A stretch of 64,000 bases of DNA from the human T2T-CHM13v2.0 reference genome, Homo sapiens (GCF_009914755.1 NC_060942.1); one strand, 5' to 3'. Positions 46,225-60,751 are shown, counted from the stretch's first letter. The notes: generated from the letters alone by a model not told the origin. Numbers and translations are program-made.

Positions 46225-46445
46225 CTCAGCATAGCACAGGGTTAAACAGCATGAGCTGCTGGGCTAACTTCTTAGGTTTGATGCTACTTAAAGTTGTACA
46301 ACCTTAAGACATAACTTTGTGCCTCAGTTTCCTCATTTGAAAACAGGCAAAACAATAGCGTCAAATCTTAAAGGGTCATTTTGAGGATTAAATGGAAAAA
46401 ATTACATATATAACATTATAAATACTCAATACATTTTAACTTTAT
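46225..46445 (+). mobile_element. MIR
   Basis: gtgcctcagtttcctcatttg...tgaggattaaatg. Confidence 0.8.
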
Positions 46446-46708
46446 TATTATGATGATTCATCTAGATTTTACCTAGAATTAGCAGTTCTCAAAGTATCTC
46501 AATTCATTTATTTTATATTCTCTTACTCCCCACTTTCAAAAACTCTTTCTCATTACACCTCAGTTCCTGTTCCTGTCTGTGTCTTCTCTATGTAGAATAT
46601 TATTCCATGTAATTTATACTTTTTAGTGATTTTTAGTTTTATTCTAAATGTAGATTTTTTCGTTTTTAAATGAAATGATCTAAAACAGATCTTATAAAAA
46701 TAAATGCA

Positions 46709-47019
46709 AGCCAGGTGCAGTGGCTTATGCCTGTAATACCAGCACTTTGGGAGGCTGAGGCAGGAGGATCGCTTGAACCCAGGAATTGGAGGTCAGCCTG
46801 GGAAACATAGGGAAATACCATCTCTATAAAATATTTTAAAATTACCCAGAAGTCGTGGCACATGCTTGTAGTCCCAGCTACTTGGGAAGCTGAGGCAGGA
46901 GAATTGCTTGAGCTTAGAAGGTCGAGGCTGCAGTGAGCTGTGATGTCACTGAACTCCAGACTGGGCAACAGAGTGAGATCTTTTCTCTAAAACATAAAGA
47001 AAATAAATATTAAAATAAG
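46709..47019 (+). mobile_element. AluJ
   Basis: ggtcgaggctgcagtgagctgtgat; TSD taaaaataaatgca. Confidence 0.95.
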
Positions 47020-47055
47020 TAAAAATAAATGCATATGAAAATATACTTGTTAACA

Positions 47056-47060
<5 letters not shown>

Positions 47061-47105
<45 letters not shown>
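47061..47105. repeat. (TA)22 microsatellite
   Basis: Direct reading. Confidence 0.97.
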
Positions 47106-47107
<2 letters not shown>

Positions 47108-48606
47108 GTGGGCAAATCCATACATAATCATTATAATTAAAAACAGTTATAAATATAATGTATGAAGAAATAATTTACCCAAGATGATTACACTATGAGG
47201 AAATAGATTAGATAATTGTGTGCTGACTTTTTCTGTAGAAGGTAAAATTATTTTCTCTGTCCTTCAAAGAGTCACCCTTCTTATTAACAAAAAGCATGCC
47301 TTTTTTCCCCCAAAGCCCCACACTCTTAGGCACCTTTATGTATGATTTAAGTTGTCAGCAGATTAATTCAAACTTTTTACCAATAAATTATTCACATTTT
47401 TTCCTCCAATAATGACTAATGGAATATGTAGGAAGTGTGAAATATATTCACATTTTGACAGTCATTTTTATCAGAGTACTGAAAGCACATATTCTTAAGC
47501 ATGTATCACTGGACTACATTAAAATTAGTAGCACATAAAAGAAACAATAGATAATCATTATCTAAATTCCTGAAGTACATAATGATGTGGTTATACCCTT
47601 TAATTAACATAATGCTTTACACAGGTAGGTCTTTCATATATGTCTTTTGTTATATACACTGCAGCTAAGTGTTTATGTGATCAACATTAAAAGCCCTGAG
47701 TTTACAAAGTGCTGAGTCACACATATTTAAATCTCATGATCTTTAACCAGGGGAAGGCCACATTCCAAATGACAGATGCACTGAAATATACGCAGAATAT
47801 GAAAAGATGGCATCATATTGCCATAATGTGCTTTTCCTCACACTTTGCCATATTTCTTCATTGCCTGCTTCTCTGAAGCAAAAATAACCAGCTGTTGCAA
47901 GACATGGCCTGGTTTTATAAAGTGATCTTTTGTCATTTCCAGGAAGACTGCCCATGATCTCCACTGACCTAAAGCAGGCTACCGTAGAGCTACCAAGTGT
48001 GGGAGCTCACCATTCAAACAGGCCATCTTTGGGAAATATAAAGAAAATATTTCAATAAAAGCTTTTATTTTCCTTCAAAAAATGAATTCACTACACTTCA
48101 AAGTTTGGAGGTGTACAATCAAGGGGGTGCTACTGGTATCTGGCAGGCAAGTACAGTATGTTAAAGAATATCTATCAGGTTATCTTGCAAATCAGATCTT
48201 TTTCCAATCTAAAAAGGTGGTATTGAGCAAATAAAGGGCCTAGATGGAAGAGCCTCATGTTTAAATAAAAGTTTTTCCCAAAAACAGGCTCATTTAAGAC
48301 AAAATACTTTAAAATATAAATATTTATTGATTCTTATCATCAGTTACTGTTGCCCTACATTTAGGTTTCAATCTGTATTTCTTAAGTTCTTTGATGTTTT
48401 CATTGCTATCGCATTTTAGAAGACAGGGCATAAGTACCTGTATTTATTTCAAAATGGTTGGTAGAAGTAAATATTTTAACAATCCAGGAATAAGTCTGAG
48501 TACACTGATTACATTGTTTAAGATTGTTCTAAAAGAGAAGTTGAATACTAGTCAGAAAAAAACACCCAAAAACGTATGGAGAACATATTATTTGTATCCC
48601 TAATAG

Positions 48607-48772
48607 CAGTGTTTCTCAAACTTTAATGTGTTTAGGCATCAAATGGGAATCTTTTTAAAATTCGGATTCTGATTCTGTAGGCCTAGGGTGGAACCTGAGA
48701 TCCTGCACTTCTAACAAGCTCTCAGGTGGTATTGATGCTGCTGGTCTAAGGACCTCTCTGTGGATAGCAAGG
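48607..48772. mobile_element. MER5A1-like hAT-Charlie MITE
   Basis: cagtgtttctcaaacttt...gattctgattctgtagg...tctaacaagctctcaggt...tagcaagg. Confidence 0.85.
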
Positions 48773-49667
48773 TTTCGTCCCCCTATACCACTGGAAGCTG
48801 ATCATCAATAGGGAAAATAAAAGAGCAATCTATCTGTAAAAGAGACTCTTTGAAAGGTCTTTTTCACAAACAGTCAATGCACTAGCACTGTCTTCTAGCA
48901 ATTTCCTTAGACCCAATTCCTTAGACCCAATTTCCTCAGACCCAACTACTTCTGAACTAGTATTTGACACACGATGTGAAAACATGGCAAAGAATTCTAT
49001 GGAAATAAAAATTAATGATGGCATTTTTCACTTTTTAGCCTGTAAATGTGTTTGTTTGATATGCATTGACTAGAAAAACCTTTTGCATGACAAATACACC
49101 TATTTTTTAAAGACGAAATTATAGCAGAAATGAAGTTTAAGCACTGAATGAATCAAGTATCAGTGAAATCCCTTTACTCTTTATTGAGCCAAGGAAATGT
49201 AGTGGTTGATTAGATGTTTTTCAAAGGCAGGAAGCAATTTCAGGAATAAACACCATTTGCTTATTTGAAATAAAGGTGTGGAAGTGGCATTGACCCTTGA
49301 CAGATTTTCCTCTTGTTCGTAGAAAGGAGGGTGTGTTAGCTCTGTTAATTCTATTGTTGATCAACAGTGAGTTTCTCTGAAGTTTCATGAATATCACTAG
49401 AACTAGTTATAGAAGTTAAATCTCTATGCTTTAGAAATAAATTTTTATGAACTCTTTGAATTCTCAAAGCGCAGCATCTAAGTATTAAACACAGCTTACA
49501 TCTAATGCAACACATAAGTCAAAAACACTTTATCAAGGAGAATCTGAATAGAAATGTATCATCTAGTATTTTTGTCTCAGGGGCTCTTTACACTTTATGT
49601 GGGTTATATCTATTGATATTTATTATATTAGAAATTAAAACTGAGAAATGTTTTAAGTATATATTTA

Positions 49668-49994
<327 letters not shown>

Positions 49995-50196
49995 AAAATA
50001 ACAATAGTAAACCCATCACATGTTAAATTAAATAACATATTCCTGTGAAAAATAACGTTTAGCAAAACAAAAATATTTAAACAGTAACCTTGTTTTATAA
50101 TTTTACAAATCTCCTTAAGGTCTAGATTAATGGACAACACTTGGTTCTCCTAGCTGCTTCTGCATTCAATCTTTTGCAATATGTTATTTTAGTTGA

Positions 50197-50490
50197 TTTT
50201 TTTTTTTTTTGAGACAGAGTCTCGCTCTGTCACCCAGGCTGGAGTGCAGTGGCTGATCTTGGCTCACTGCAAGCTCTGCCTCCTGGGTTCACGCCATTCT
50301 CCTGCCTCAGCCTCCCAAGTAGCTGGGACTACAGGCGCCTGCCACCACGCCCAGCTAACTTTTTGTATTTTTAGTAGAGACGGGGTTTCACCGTGTTAGC
50401 CAGGATGGTCTCGATCTCCTGACCTCATGATCCGCCCGCCTCAGCCTTCCAAAGTGCTGGGATTACAGGCATGAGCCACCACGCCCGGGC
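50197..50490 (-). mobile_element. AluY
   Basis: gcaagctc, ttcacgccattc, ccgtgttagccaggatgg; TSD tagttgat. Confidence 0.97.
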
Positions 50491-51379
50491 TAGTTGATGT
50501 ATCTTAAGAAAATTTGGCCTCTCACAGATATACACTTGGAAAGCAAAGGGCTATTTTAAAAGTCCTTTCAGATAATTGTGAATATTCTTCTTTGATGCGC
50601 TGATGTTTCTTAAAAGATTAGTCACCACATGGAATCTGAAATCCTATCAATGAACTTTGTTGCTCTGCTACGTTAAAATCCATTGGTCCATCTTGCCCTT
50701 TGAATGTACAATATAATTTTGTAACATCATACACCGGTCATTTGAAAAATATTGTTTCACCAAATAATTCAGATGTTCCAAATATAGACATAATTCATTA
50801 TATAATATTTTTAAAGCACATTTGTTAATATCACTACAGATCTCATCAGAAAAGTATTGGAAAACTGTCCTACTCATAGCAGCCGATTCAAGTTTCCCAA
50901 GTGCAAATTACTATTCTGTCACACAAATGTGTTCTCAAGGGTCAATATTTGATATAATTAATAATTCTACTTCATTAAGAACATTCCTAAATGAAACTGA
51001 CTTTTTAAAACTGTAAGCATTTTTTGCACTCTCAGTGCAAATGTCTGCACAGTGATAGAAGTAAATAATGTCTTAGTATTATTATGAAAATCATTTTGAC
51101 CTCATAGACTTCCTGAAAGAGTTTCAGGGAAACACCACCATATACAACTGTAGGAATAAATGGAGCATTTTAAACAGATCAAATATATTTGCATAATCTA
51201 TCCCCTGGGAAAGATCTTGATATAAATGGGCCAAGATTGGAAGACAGAAAATGAGGCGGGATTGATGATTTGGTGTCCTGGCTGAATATCAACTATTGCC
51301 TGTATCCCCATTCCCAGACCTTAAGTCTCCAGGCTTGAATGAGATGACTCTCCCAGCCTGCTTGTTCCCAGGTGCACAG

Positions 51380-51615
51380 CCATAGTGCTTGTAAAGGGCA
51401 TGAGCTTTCTAGGCAGACAGGTCTGTGTTTGAGTCCTAACTCTGCCCTCATCTATGTGTAAACTTTAGTTACAAGCTTCAACTTTCTCATCCATAATATA
51501 AAGACAATATTGTGTTACGCAACCCTTCATAGGGTTGTTGTAAAAATAAAATAAGATTCATAAAATGCTTGGCACAGTGCCTGGGTTATAATAAACACTC
51601 AATAAAGGTTAGATA
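51380..51615 (+). mobile_element. MIR
   Basis: catagggttgttg...tgcttggcacagtgcctgg...actcaataaa. Confidence 0.8.
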
Positions 51616-51630
51616 TTTTTAATGCCTGAG

Positions 51631-51952
<322 letters not shown>

Positions 51953-54150
51953 TTGTCTCAGAGTTCTTTATGACCAATAAGCTAATGGCAAATATGGCCC
52001 CACTCTCTTTCCTGAAGCAGTAAGAACAGTTGACTTATATCTCTAATCATTTCCTGCGTGGCTTTGGACCTCATCATTCAGCCAACAATGCTGAACTTCT
52101 ACTATTTCCCCCAACTAAACCAAACCATCTCTCTCCACTGTTTCTGTGTTTGTCCCATCTGCCTATATCCCACTACCTTCTCTAAGAAACTTTTTCTCAC
52201 CAGCCTCTGGTCCATATTGGACAGATGTCATTCTCTTCTTTGTTGCCATATTGCTATAATTAACTGTATGTACTTCTTTGAAGATTGTGCTTGTAGCCCC
52301 AGGACCAGTAATGGTGTATGTGTATAACAGTCACTCAATAAATGTGTGTTGCATGGGGAATTAATAATTATATAACAGCTGGATTGGAAATAAGTTACTA
52401 TTCTTCACATGAAAGGCAAAGCCTCTTGTGTATTCTCATCACAAATATATTTGTAAGGTGATCAGGTCACCTACCAAGTCATCTTTCTCCCCAAACCCTT
52501 TCATGCCCCAAACCTGAGGGAAAGCACTTTTGAATCTGATTCCAGTCCACCAAGCCTGCCCTTTCTACTGTGTTCACTGCCTCCAGCCACTGTCTGTCCC
52601 TCCTGTGACTGACTGGGGAGCTACTTCCCACCTGGCTCCAGCCCATCCCATTTTCCAAGGGCAGATCCCTGCTCTCATTCACCCCTACGTTGCTTCAAGC
52701 AAGTTCCCTGGAGTGGCCAAGACTCATATGTGAGTTCATCTCTTTACTTCCAAAGCTGAGTTTCAGCCACATGTCCTACCTAGTCTAATGTTCCTTCTTT
52801 CTAACATATAGGTACTGTAGTCCAAATTGGTCATGTTCACTTTGGTTGTAGGATAATTCTGTTCTCAGTTTCCGGGGTCACTGCTAGGCTTATTTCCTGT
52901 AGGATGTAGTTGGGGATCCTTCATTCTCACCAGCTATCAAAGAGGACCAGATATTCCAACCTCCTGCCAAGGCCAAATCCTTGCATTTGCCAATATTGGT
53001 GAAGCACAAGGCACCTGCTTAGACCAGTGTACACCAGCTTGAGGCAAATGCATGTCAGCAGTGTCAGCACAGTATGAATACAGTGTAAGCATATTTGGAG
53101 GCCATCCATCTCAAGCCAGTGAACCCACATCAATGGACATGAAAATATAAATAGGGTCCAGGGTTTGATTCCAAATGAAAATTAAAATTGACTGGTACTA
53201 TCTATCACTCCAATTTATTCTAGTCTGAACAACACTCATCGATTTAATAACTTGGGTCTCTCCTATTCTGCATGTATTAACTGGCCAATTTTCATCTGAT
53301 AGATAGTCATGACACAAATACAGACTATGCTTTGCATTTTGGTTTTGCCTTTTAAAATATGCATGCTCAGAGACTGAAGAAATGTTAGCTTTTCCTTAGA
53401 ACCAGATTTAGCTTTGTTTCTTGTTCTTTGGAAAGCATGTTAAGCACGGCATTTGCTCTCCTTTCTAAGCAGCTCTGTGGGAGATAAAAGACAGGGTAAG
53501 CTTCAGACCTGGATTCTGCTCAGCAGAGTGTTTGGGGAGGGTGCAATAACAGTGCAGATAACTTCCTCCAGGCACACAGCATACCTACTTAATATCATTA
53601 CACAGAGATGTGGACAGGACTACTGACTCCTCAGTGATTTTACTGATCTGAGAAAGTGAATAAGCAGATCTGTTCATCTACCACCATGCAATTGGGCCAA
53701 GACAATCAACTATAATCACAGCCAATGGTTGAAATAAATTGGGTTCATGTGGAACAAGGATCTAGAACAGACTCAACTCATTTAATAGAGTTCATTTTTG
53801 CCAAAATATAATTAGTGCTACTGAGTATTTGTAGGCATCTCCATCCACTTCATCCACATCTGCAGCTGCTTAGAGGTGCTGTGAAGGGTAAACTAGCTCC
53901 TTTCAAATTGGAAAACACTGATTGCCTAAGAGAATTTCCATTTGGGAAATATCTATCTAGCAACATTTGTGTTATAAAAAGTCACCCAGAAACTTTTCTC
54001 TGGGGTTCCCACTCACTTTTCTAACCATGCATAAACAATCATTTATTTCAGCAGCCACTGAAGTTTTTGTTCAGCATCTAATTTTATGGTGGAATCACCT
54101 TAAAAAGTGTCATAGATAACACTTCTCTATAAAGGTCCAAAAAATCACCA

Positions 54151-55705
54151 TTGTTCTTTTTACTTAAGATTGCTTTGGCTATTTGGGCTCTTTTTTGGTT
54201 CCATATGAATTTTAGAATAGTTTTTTTCTAATTTTGGAAAGCATGTCGTTGGTAGTTTGATAGGAATAGCATTGAATCTGTACTTTGCTTTGGGCAGTGT
54301 GGCCATTTTAACAATATTGATTCTTCCAATCCATGAGCATGGAATGTTTTTCCATTTGTTTGTGTTATGTCTGATTTCTTTCAGCAGTATTTTGTAATTC
54401 TCATCATAGAAAACTTTCACCTTCTTTTTTAGCTGTATTCCTAAGTATTTCATCTTTTTTGTGGCTATTGTGAATGAGATTGAGTTCTTGAATTGGCGCT
54501 GAGCTTGTGTGTTATTGGTGTATAGAAATGCTACTGGTTTTTGTACATTGATTTTGTATCCAGAAACATTGGAGAAGTGGTTTATCAGATCTAGGAGCTT
54601 TTGGGCAAAGACTATGAAGTTTCTAGGTGTAGAATCATATCATCTGCAAACAGAGATAATTTGACTTCCTCTCTTCCTATTTGGATGCCTTTTATTTCTT
54701 TCTCTTGCCTGATTGCTCTCGCCACGACTTCCAATACTATGTTGAATAGGAGTGGTGAAAGTGGGCAATTTTGTCTTGCACCAGTTCTCAAGGGGAATAC
54801 TTCCAGCTTTTGCCCATTCAGTATGATATTGACTGTGGGTTTGTCATAGACAGCTATTACTTTGAGGTATGTTCCTTCAATGTCCAGTTTCTTTATGGTT
54901 TTTATCATGAAGGGATGTTGGATTTTATCAAAAGCTTTTTCTACATCTACTACATCTACTACGTGTGGTTTTTGTTTTTAATTCTGTTTATGTGGTGAAT
55001 CACGTTTATTGATTTGCATATGTCGAACTAGCCTTCCATCCCAGGAACAGAGCTTACTTGATCACGGTTGATTAGCTTTTTGATATACTGCTGGATTTCA
55101 GTTTGCTAGCATTTTGTTGAGGATTTTGGCATCTATGTTCATCATGGATATTGGCCTGAAATTTTGTTGTTGTTGTTGTGTCTTTGCCAGGTTTTGGTAT
55201 CAGGATGATGCTAGCCTCACAGAATGAGTTCATCACAGACATCATCACATCACATCAAAGACATGAAAACAACCTAAATGTCCATCAACAGTGGACTGGA
55301 TAAAGAAACTGTGGTACATATACACCATGGAATACTATGCAGCCATAAAAAAGAATGAGATAATGTCCTTGGCAGCAACATGGATGAAGCTGGATGCCAT
55401 TATCCTAAGTTAACTAATACAGGAACAGAAAACCAAACACTGCATGTTCTCACTTATAAATGGGAGCTAAACATTGAGTACCCATGGACACAAGAAGGAA
55501 ACAATAGACACAGGGTAAAGAGTGGGAGGAGGAGGAGGAGGATCAAAAAACTACTTATTGAGTACTATGCTTATTACCTGGGGGACAAAATAACATGTAT
55601 ACCAAACCCCACGACATGCAATTTATCGATGGAACCAACCTTCATATGTATCCCTTAAAGTAAAATAAATGTTAAATAAATAAATAAAATATAGTTTGGA
55701 AGGGG
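54151..55705 (+). mobile_element. 5'-inverted (twin-primed) L1, L1PA15/16-like: inverted ORF2 ~54151-55230, sense 3' end ~55257-55690
   Basis: Minus-strand RT peptides ([26 protein letters not shown]); plus-strand 3'UTR; TSD aaaaaatcaccattgt/aaaaaagtcaccattgt. Confidence 0.9.
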
Positions 55706-56748
55706 AAAAAAGTCACCATTGTAAGAGAAATAGCTGAGATGGGGGCCTTTTTTTGTACTGAGCCATAAGCAACCTACAGACAGCAACTGTGGAACTTGAC
55801 TTTGTATTATTCATAGTGCCCAATAGAATGTTTTTCACATAATGGATATGGATGACAGTATGGATTTCAGTAAATGGAAAATAAAATGCTTGATGTGTGA
55901 TAGTAAAAATTGCCAAGTAATTGTGGCAAGTCAGAAGAAGTGATTCTGCTTTTCCTATACACACAAAGATTGTTGATAACTTCTATTATTTAGTCAGAAC
56001 ACCTTATCACAATTAAATGTGCCTCCTTAATATCTCTTCAGAAAATATGCCTAATTAGAAAACAGCTCCGACATAAGATTTTGTTTTAGGAAATTTATTG
56101 ACAATGAATATCATACTCCTCACTGTTGACTTTGATTTACAAAATTTTAGATAACCAGAAGTTTCAATATGGTCATCATATTAACCCAAGACCATCCCTA
56201 GTTCATGTATTATTGGTAAAAAAACTTTCTCACATCTCTATCAAATGTGTTCCTTCAACAAACAAAAAAACTATGAAATTTAATTTCATCATGGAAAATA
56301 GAAAAATAAAACATTTCTGTTTTCATTGTTACTATCTTATGATACCAGAAGGGTACCAGCACCCAATACCAATTCATTTACTTGTTCTAAAATAGGTACA
56401 TTAATTCCCAGCAGTGCTAATTTCTCTCTAAACAAATTCCTGTCTGTCTCTATACACATGACTCATACTCTTTCCTTCCTCTAGTGATCCAAGAAACATG
56501 TTTATTCTATTCTTTTGCATCTACATCTGGGAATCTTATTAGCAGAAGTAAAAATAAATAGCTTAGCTTAAATAGCTCAGCTTAGTGAATCTGCCTTTCC
56601 CAGCAAATTCACACTTACTAACATCCTGAAAATGCTTTGTAGTTATTTAAAAGACTTTGAAAATTTTGGAAATTTTAATTCTCATTTTATTTAAACATCT
56701 ATTATCAAACTGGAGCAAAAACCTCAACAACAATGGTATAAGGAAGGC

Positions 56749-57890
56749 TGCAAGTGTCCCATTAATATCCTCTCATCCTTAACCACTTCTGTGTATGTGG
56801 CCCAGGCTTCCAGCTCCCAATACTTGGGTTTCCTTCCCAGACAGCTTTTTATAGCCATTTTGCAACAGGTCAAAAGTGCCAGGAGCCCTTAGCAGGAGCC
56901 CTCCACCAATGTGGAAGGGAGTTACTAAATAAATATCCCAGATCCCTTACCCTGGGGAGCGGGGGATAGCACTGAGGCATCCGTTCTACATAGGTCCCAG
57001 AGATCCCCCAGTGAGATTAAATTCCAGTTGCCCACAGTGGTAACTAACCAGACAATGAACCTTTTTATTGGCTGCCTTCCCTCCTTGTTTTAGTTCCCAA
57101 TTCTCCTACTGATGTTTGCTTCATCTCTCAAATAAACTTTTTGTTCTACCATCTTTCTCGCAAAGTATGTTTCTGTGACAGCCCAAACTGAGCTAGCGGC
57201 AAGGCAAAAATCCTAAGAAGCAGATTTTCAGAATGGGATTCTAGAATTGAACAATTCACCAGCCAAATGGCAATAAGGGCTCCACTACTGGTGATAAGTG
57301 GAATAGTACCAACATTAGGCATTCTGTGGCAACCCAACTATTAACATTCTCACTTGTTGTTAACTGGAATCTGATACAGGTAGAAGATGGTGTACTGGAT
57401 AATGCAGATCACTAGTATTTGAGAGACTTGGAGGAAATGGTCATTAAGAACTATGAAACTAGTTTGTCATAAAGTACAATGAAGTTCTCAAGGAAGAAAA
57501 TGACAGACAGGTTCATGCTTCTACCAATTCAGCTCCTATATGTCTTTGCCTGTGAGCATTTTCTCATCACTGAAAGCACTTTGTCCTGTGGCATAGGCTG
57601 AAAGTACTGGAAATTAGTGACCTCCAGGAACAGCATTTAACGCATGACTGACAGGAATTGGTGCATAAATACCTCACCTCACTCACCTCTTGGATGAGAA
57701 TGACTCTGAAACACGTGTTCTATACTGGTTCCCAGAGTTCCCTCATTGGCATTAAATTCCAGTAGCCCACAGTGACAATTCTTGTTGGCTGGCTTCTGTC
57801 TCTGTCCCACTTCCCAGTGTTTACTTTGTATCCTACTTAAGCTGCAGTCCTTTTTTCAGGGCCTACTTCCAGGGGCACCCAAACTAAATC
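56749..57890 (+). mobile_element. LTR16-family ERVL relic: LTR ~56749-57195, short internal remnant, LTR ~57520-57890
   Basis: Two diverged copies of taaata...ctgag...gttcta...cccagag...attaaattccagt.gcccacagtg...cccaaact. Confidence 0.7.
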
Positions 57891-59579
57891 AAGTGGTCTT
57901 ATCCATCATTACTAGGACTTCAGTTTTGTAGCTGAAGAACAAGGCAAAGCCATGATGAATATGCAGAACCCAATCCAATGCCATCTAAATATAATAGTTT
58001 GGCCCTATCAAGGAAGAAAATTATGAAATGAATTCAGAGTAGAATCAAGAGATAAAGAAATTAGTTGAATTCTATCAACTGGTAAAGCAATTATGAGGAG
58101 AAAGAATTGAATTTTGTAGAGACTGAATCTTAGGGGCTAGCATGGGTTGTGAAACGATACCTTTTCTCAGTGGTAGCCCTGTTAAAGCCACTATACAGAG
58201 GGCTCACATTGCCCTCAGGTCCTTGACAGTGTCTCAGGACAATAAATACCCTATAACCCAAACAAAATTACCAGCAGATATGCACTTGTCCATTTGAGAA
58301 GGTCTTGGTAGAGTCACCCTAATTTACTGGGTAGAAATTTTTTCCTTTATTTTTTCCCCAGGCAAATGTATATTAAAGGAGAGAGATGAAAAAGTAAGTC
58401 AAATATATAGTATTATTGTGTTAAATATTAGAAATACATATGCATAATTGGCACTAAGAGTATATAAGAGAACAAAGAATATGTTATATGAATATTGTGA
58501 TTCCAATTTTAAATGTGCAATTAGATGATTCATTTAGACATATGATTTTAAATGCAAATGCATAAAAGAATTATGGGTTTATAAGCAATATGACAACATT
58601 TAGAATAATAAATATTGTAGCTTCCTCATGTTTATGAATATAATTTAATAGATTTTAATAATTTAAATACTTGAGAAAGTGTTATTTGATCTGATAATTT
58701 AATCACTCTAAAAATATCAAATGTGTTAAATGTATACATCCTCCTTAAAATTAATTTTTAAACTATACCAAATTTTTAAACTGAATCATTAGATTTATAA
58801 GTTTAAATTTAAAGCTTAAAGAAGAACTAGAGTTTGAATTTTGTAACTTTAATCAATCAAATATTAATTTTAAAAGATCAAAGCCAGTACAAATAGTCCT
58901 CTCTATGAACAAAAACTGCTCCCAAGAACAACCAAAAGACTCACCCTAAGGTTGGGATACAATGAGCCCGTGTTTATAACCACTGTGGACTTTGTATCTT
59001 TAAATAGGCCAATCTAGCAGCCCACAAGTACCTGAATTACCAGTTCTTCTCAACAGTTTTCCTTTTCAACCCCTTCACCACCTTGTCTGGATTGCAACTA
59101 ACCTATTCATTGTCTGATTTTTTTTTGGAATTATCTCCATATTTTTTCTATCAGGGCCACAACTTTCAGAAATATGAAGATGACATCCAATTGGATTCTG
59201 CAACTCTGTGATCTACAGGTACAGACTTAGCTATGCTGACATTCTATGCACCTCAACCATTCCACCTTAAAGTAGGCAAGGCACTTTGTATCTCCATTGC
59301 TTCTTCCTCTCCCACTTAAAAATAATAATTTTTTTTTGCTCTCTCTCTCCATTACCCTGGTTAGCTGAATTTTCACACTTATATGAGGTGAAAGTACCAA
59401 TTTCTCTAAATAAACAAAACAGCTTTATGTTCAGAATGTTAGGTGTATGTGGGAATTTGTTTTGTTTTGTTTTTCATTTGCTACTTTCCTAAGACATTTT
59501 GTTACCTTATTAGGTGGACTCTTTTTTTTTGTATGAACTTCCTAGAAGGTTACAGGGCATTGCCCAAGTAAATAAAACA

Positions 59580-59676
59580 AGAAGCCCATCTGTGTAAATC
59601 AAATTCAACTATTACCAATTTTTCTAGGTAGTACTGAATAGTAATAGTTGAATTTGATTTACATAAATGGGCTTCT
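59580..59676. repeat. Inverted repeat/hairpin, 36-bp arms, 25-nt spacer
   Basis: 59580-59615 is the reverse complement of 59641-59676 at 34/36 positions. Confidence 0.95.
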
Positions 59677-60751
59677 CAAAGAAAATAAGTAAAATGCTTA
59701 CTTTTTAAAATGCTGATTACTTTTCAAAGTCATAAATCAGTCAAAAGTTGAAAGACCAAAACCTTCCATCTCTCTAGTTCACTGCCACTCTTTTACATAA
59801 AATGGAAGCAGCGGAAAAACTCCTCTTCTGTCCTACCCCAAACCAAAACCCAAACCCTACGGCTGCCAAACTCACCTGGAATCCCAGTACTACCCGGAAA
59901 TCCTGTGGCTTTAACTTAAAAATTCCCATGTCATGCTTTCAAGCTCCAAACCTGATCCTACTTCTTAACTTTCAGAAGATAAGCCCACTTATTTCACCGA
60001 GGAAATAAAAGCCATCCTTTATCTCTTCCCACAAAGCCATCTAACTAACACATCTTTAGTACCTACTATGTAGTAGCCAGGTAGTATGCTAGAAAAAAGC
60101 TATGCCTGAGAGAAAAATAAGATGTAGTCTCTGCATTCAAGAAATGCATCGCCTGATAAAGAGGAGGATGTAGAAAATAATTAAAACAAAATATAATAAG
60201 TGTAGCTGAATGACTTGGGACAGTAATTCACAAAATGTGTAGCGCTCTTATAATAGCAAGTATAAGTAAAAGATGTAGTTACCCGAGATTTTTCCCTGAA
60301 TTCATTCTAACTACTAGCTATCTCCTAATTTATGATTTTTTTGGTCCATCATCTGTAATTCCTGCCTAATCTAGTTTAAAACAAATAAGTGAAAGATGTG
60401 AATCATTAAGAACAAAGAAGAAATAGTAAATCACTATTATTTATAATATGAAATTCCAATTCTGAGTTAATATTTAAAATGTTACTGTATATCTTTTTAA
60501 AGGTAAAACTTTTGAAATTTTCTCTTTCTCATGTGAGTGTGGTTAAAAGGATGAACAGAAAAATACACAGAAACATTTAAAAGAAAGATAGATCTGAAAC
60601 AACAACATATTTTAATTATTAACTGATTTACTTCCTACCACCCTGTACTTCCTGGCATCCCCAGATCCTTTCCTTTTTTTAAGAAAACAAAACAAAACAA
60701 AACAAAAAACACTTCTTCCAAAAGAAAAAAAAAAGAAAGCAAAAAAACCCA

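Noticed and set aside
54160-54908. Reverse-transcriptase ORFs as a novel RT system
   Set aside because: Broken fragments of ordinary L1 ORF2p
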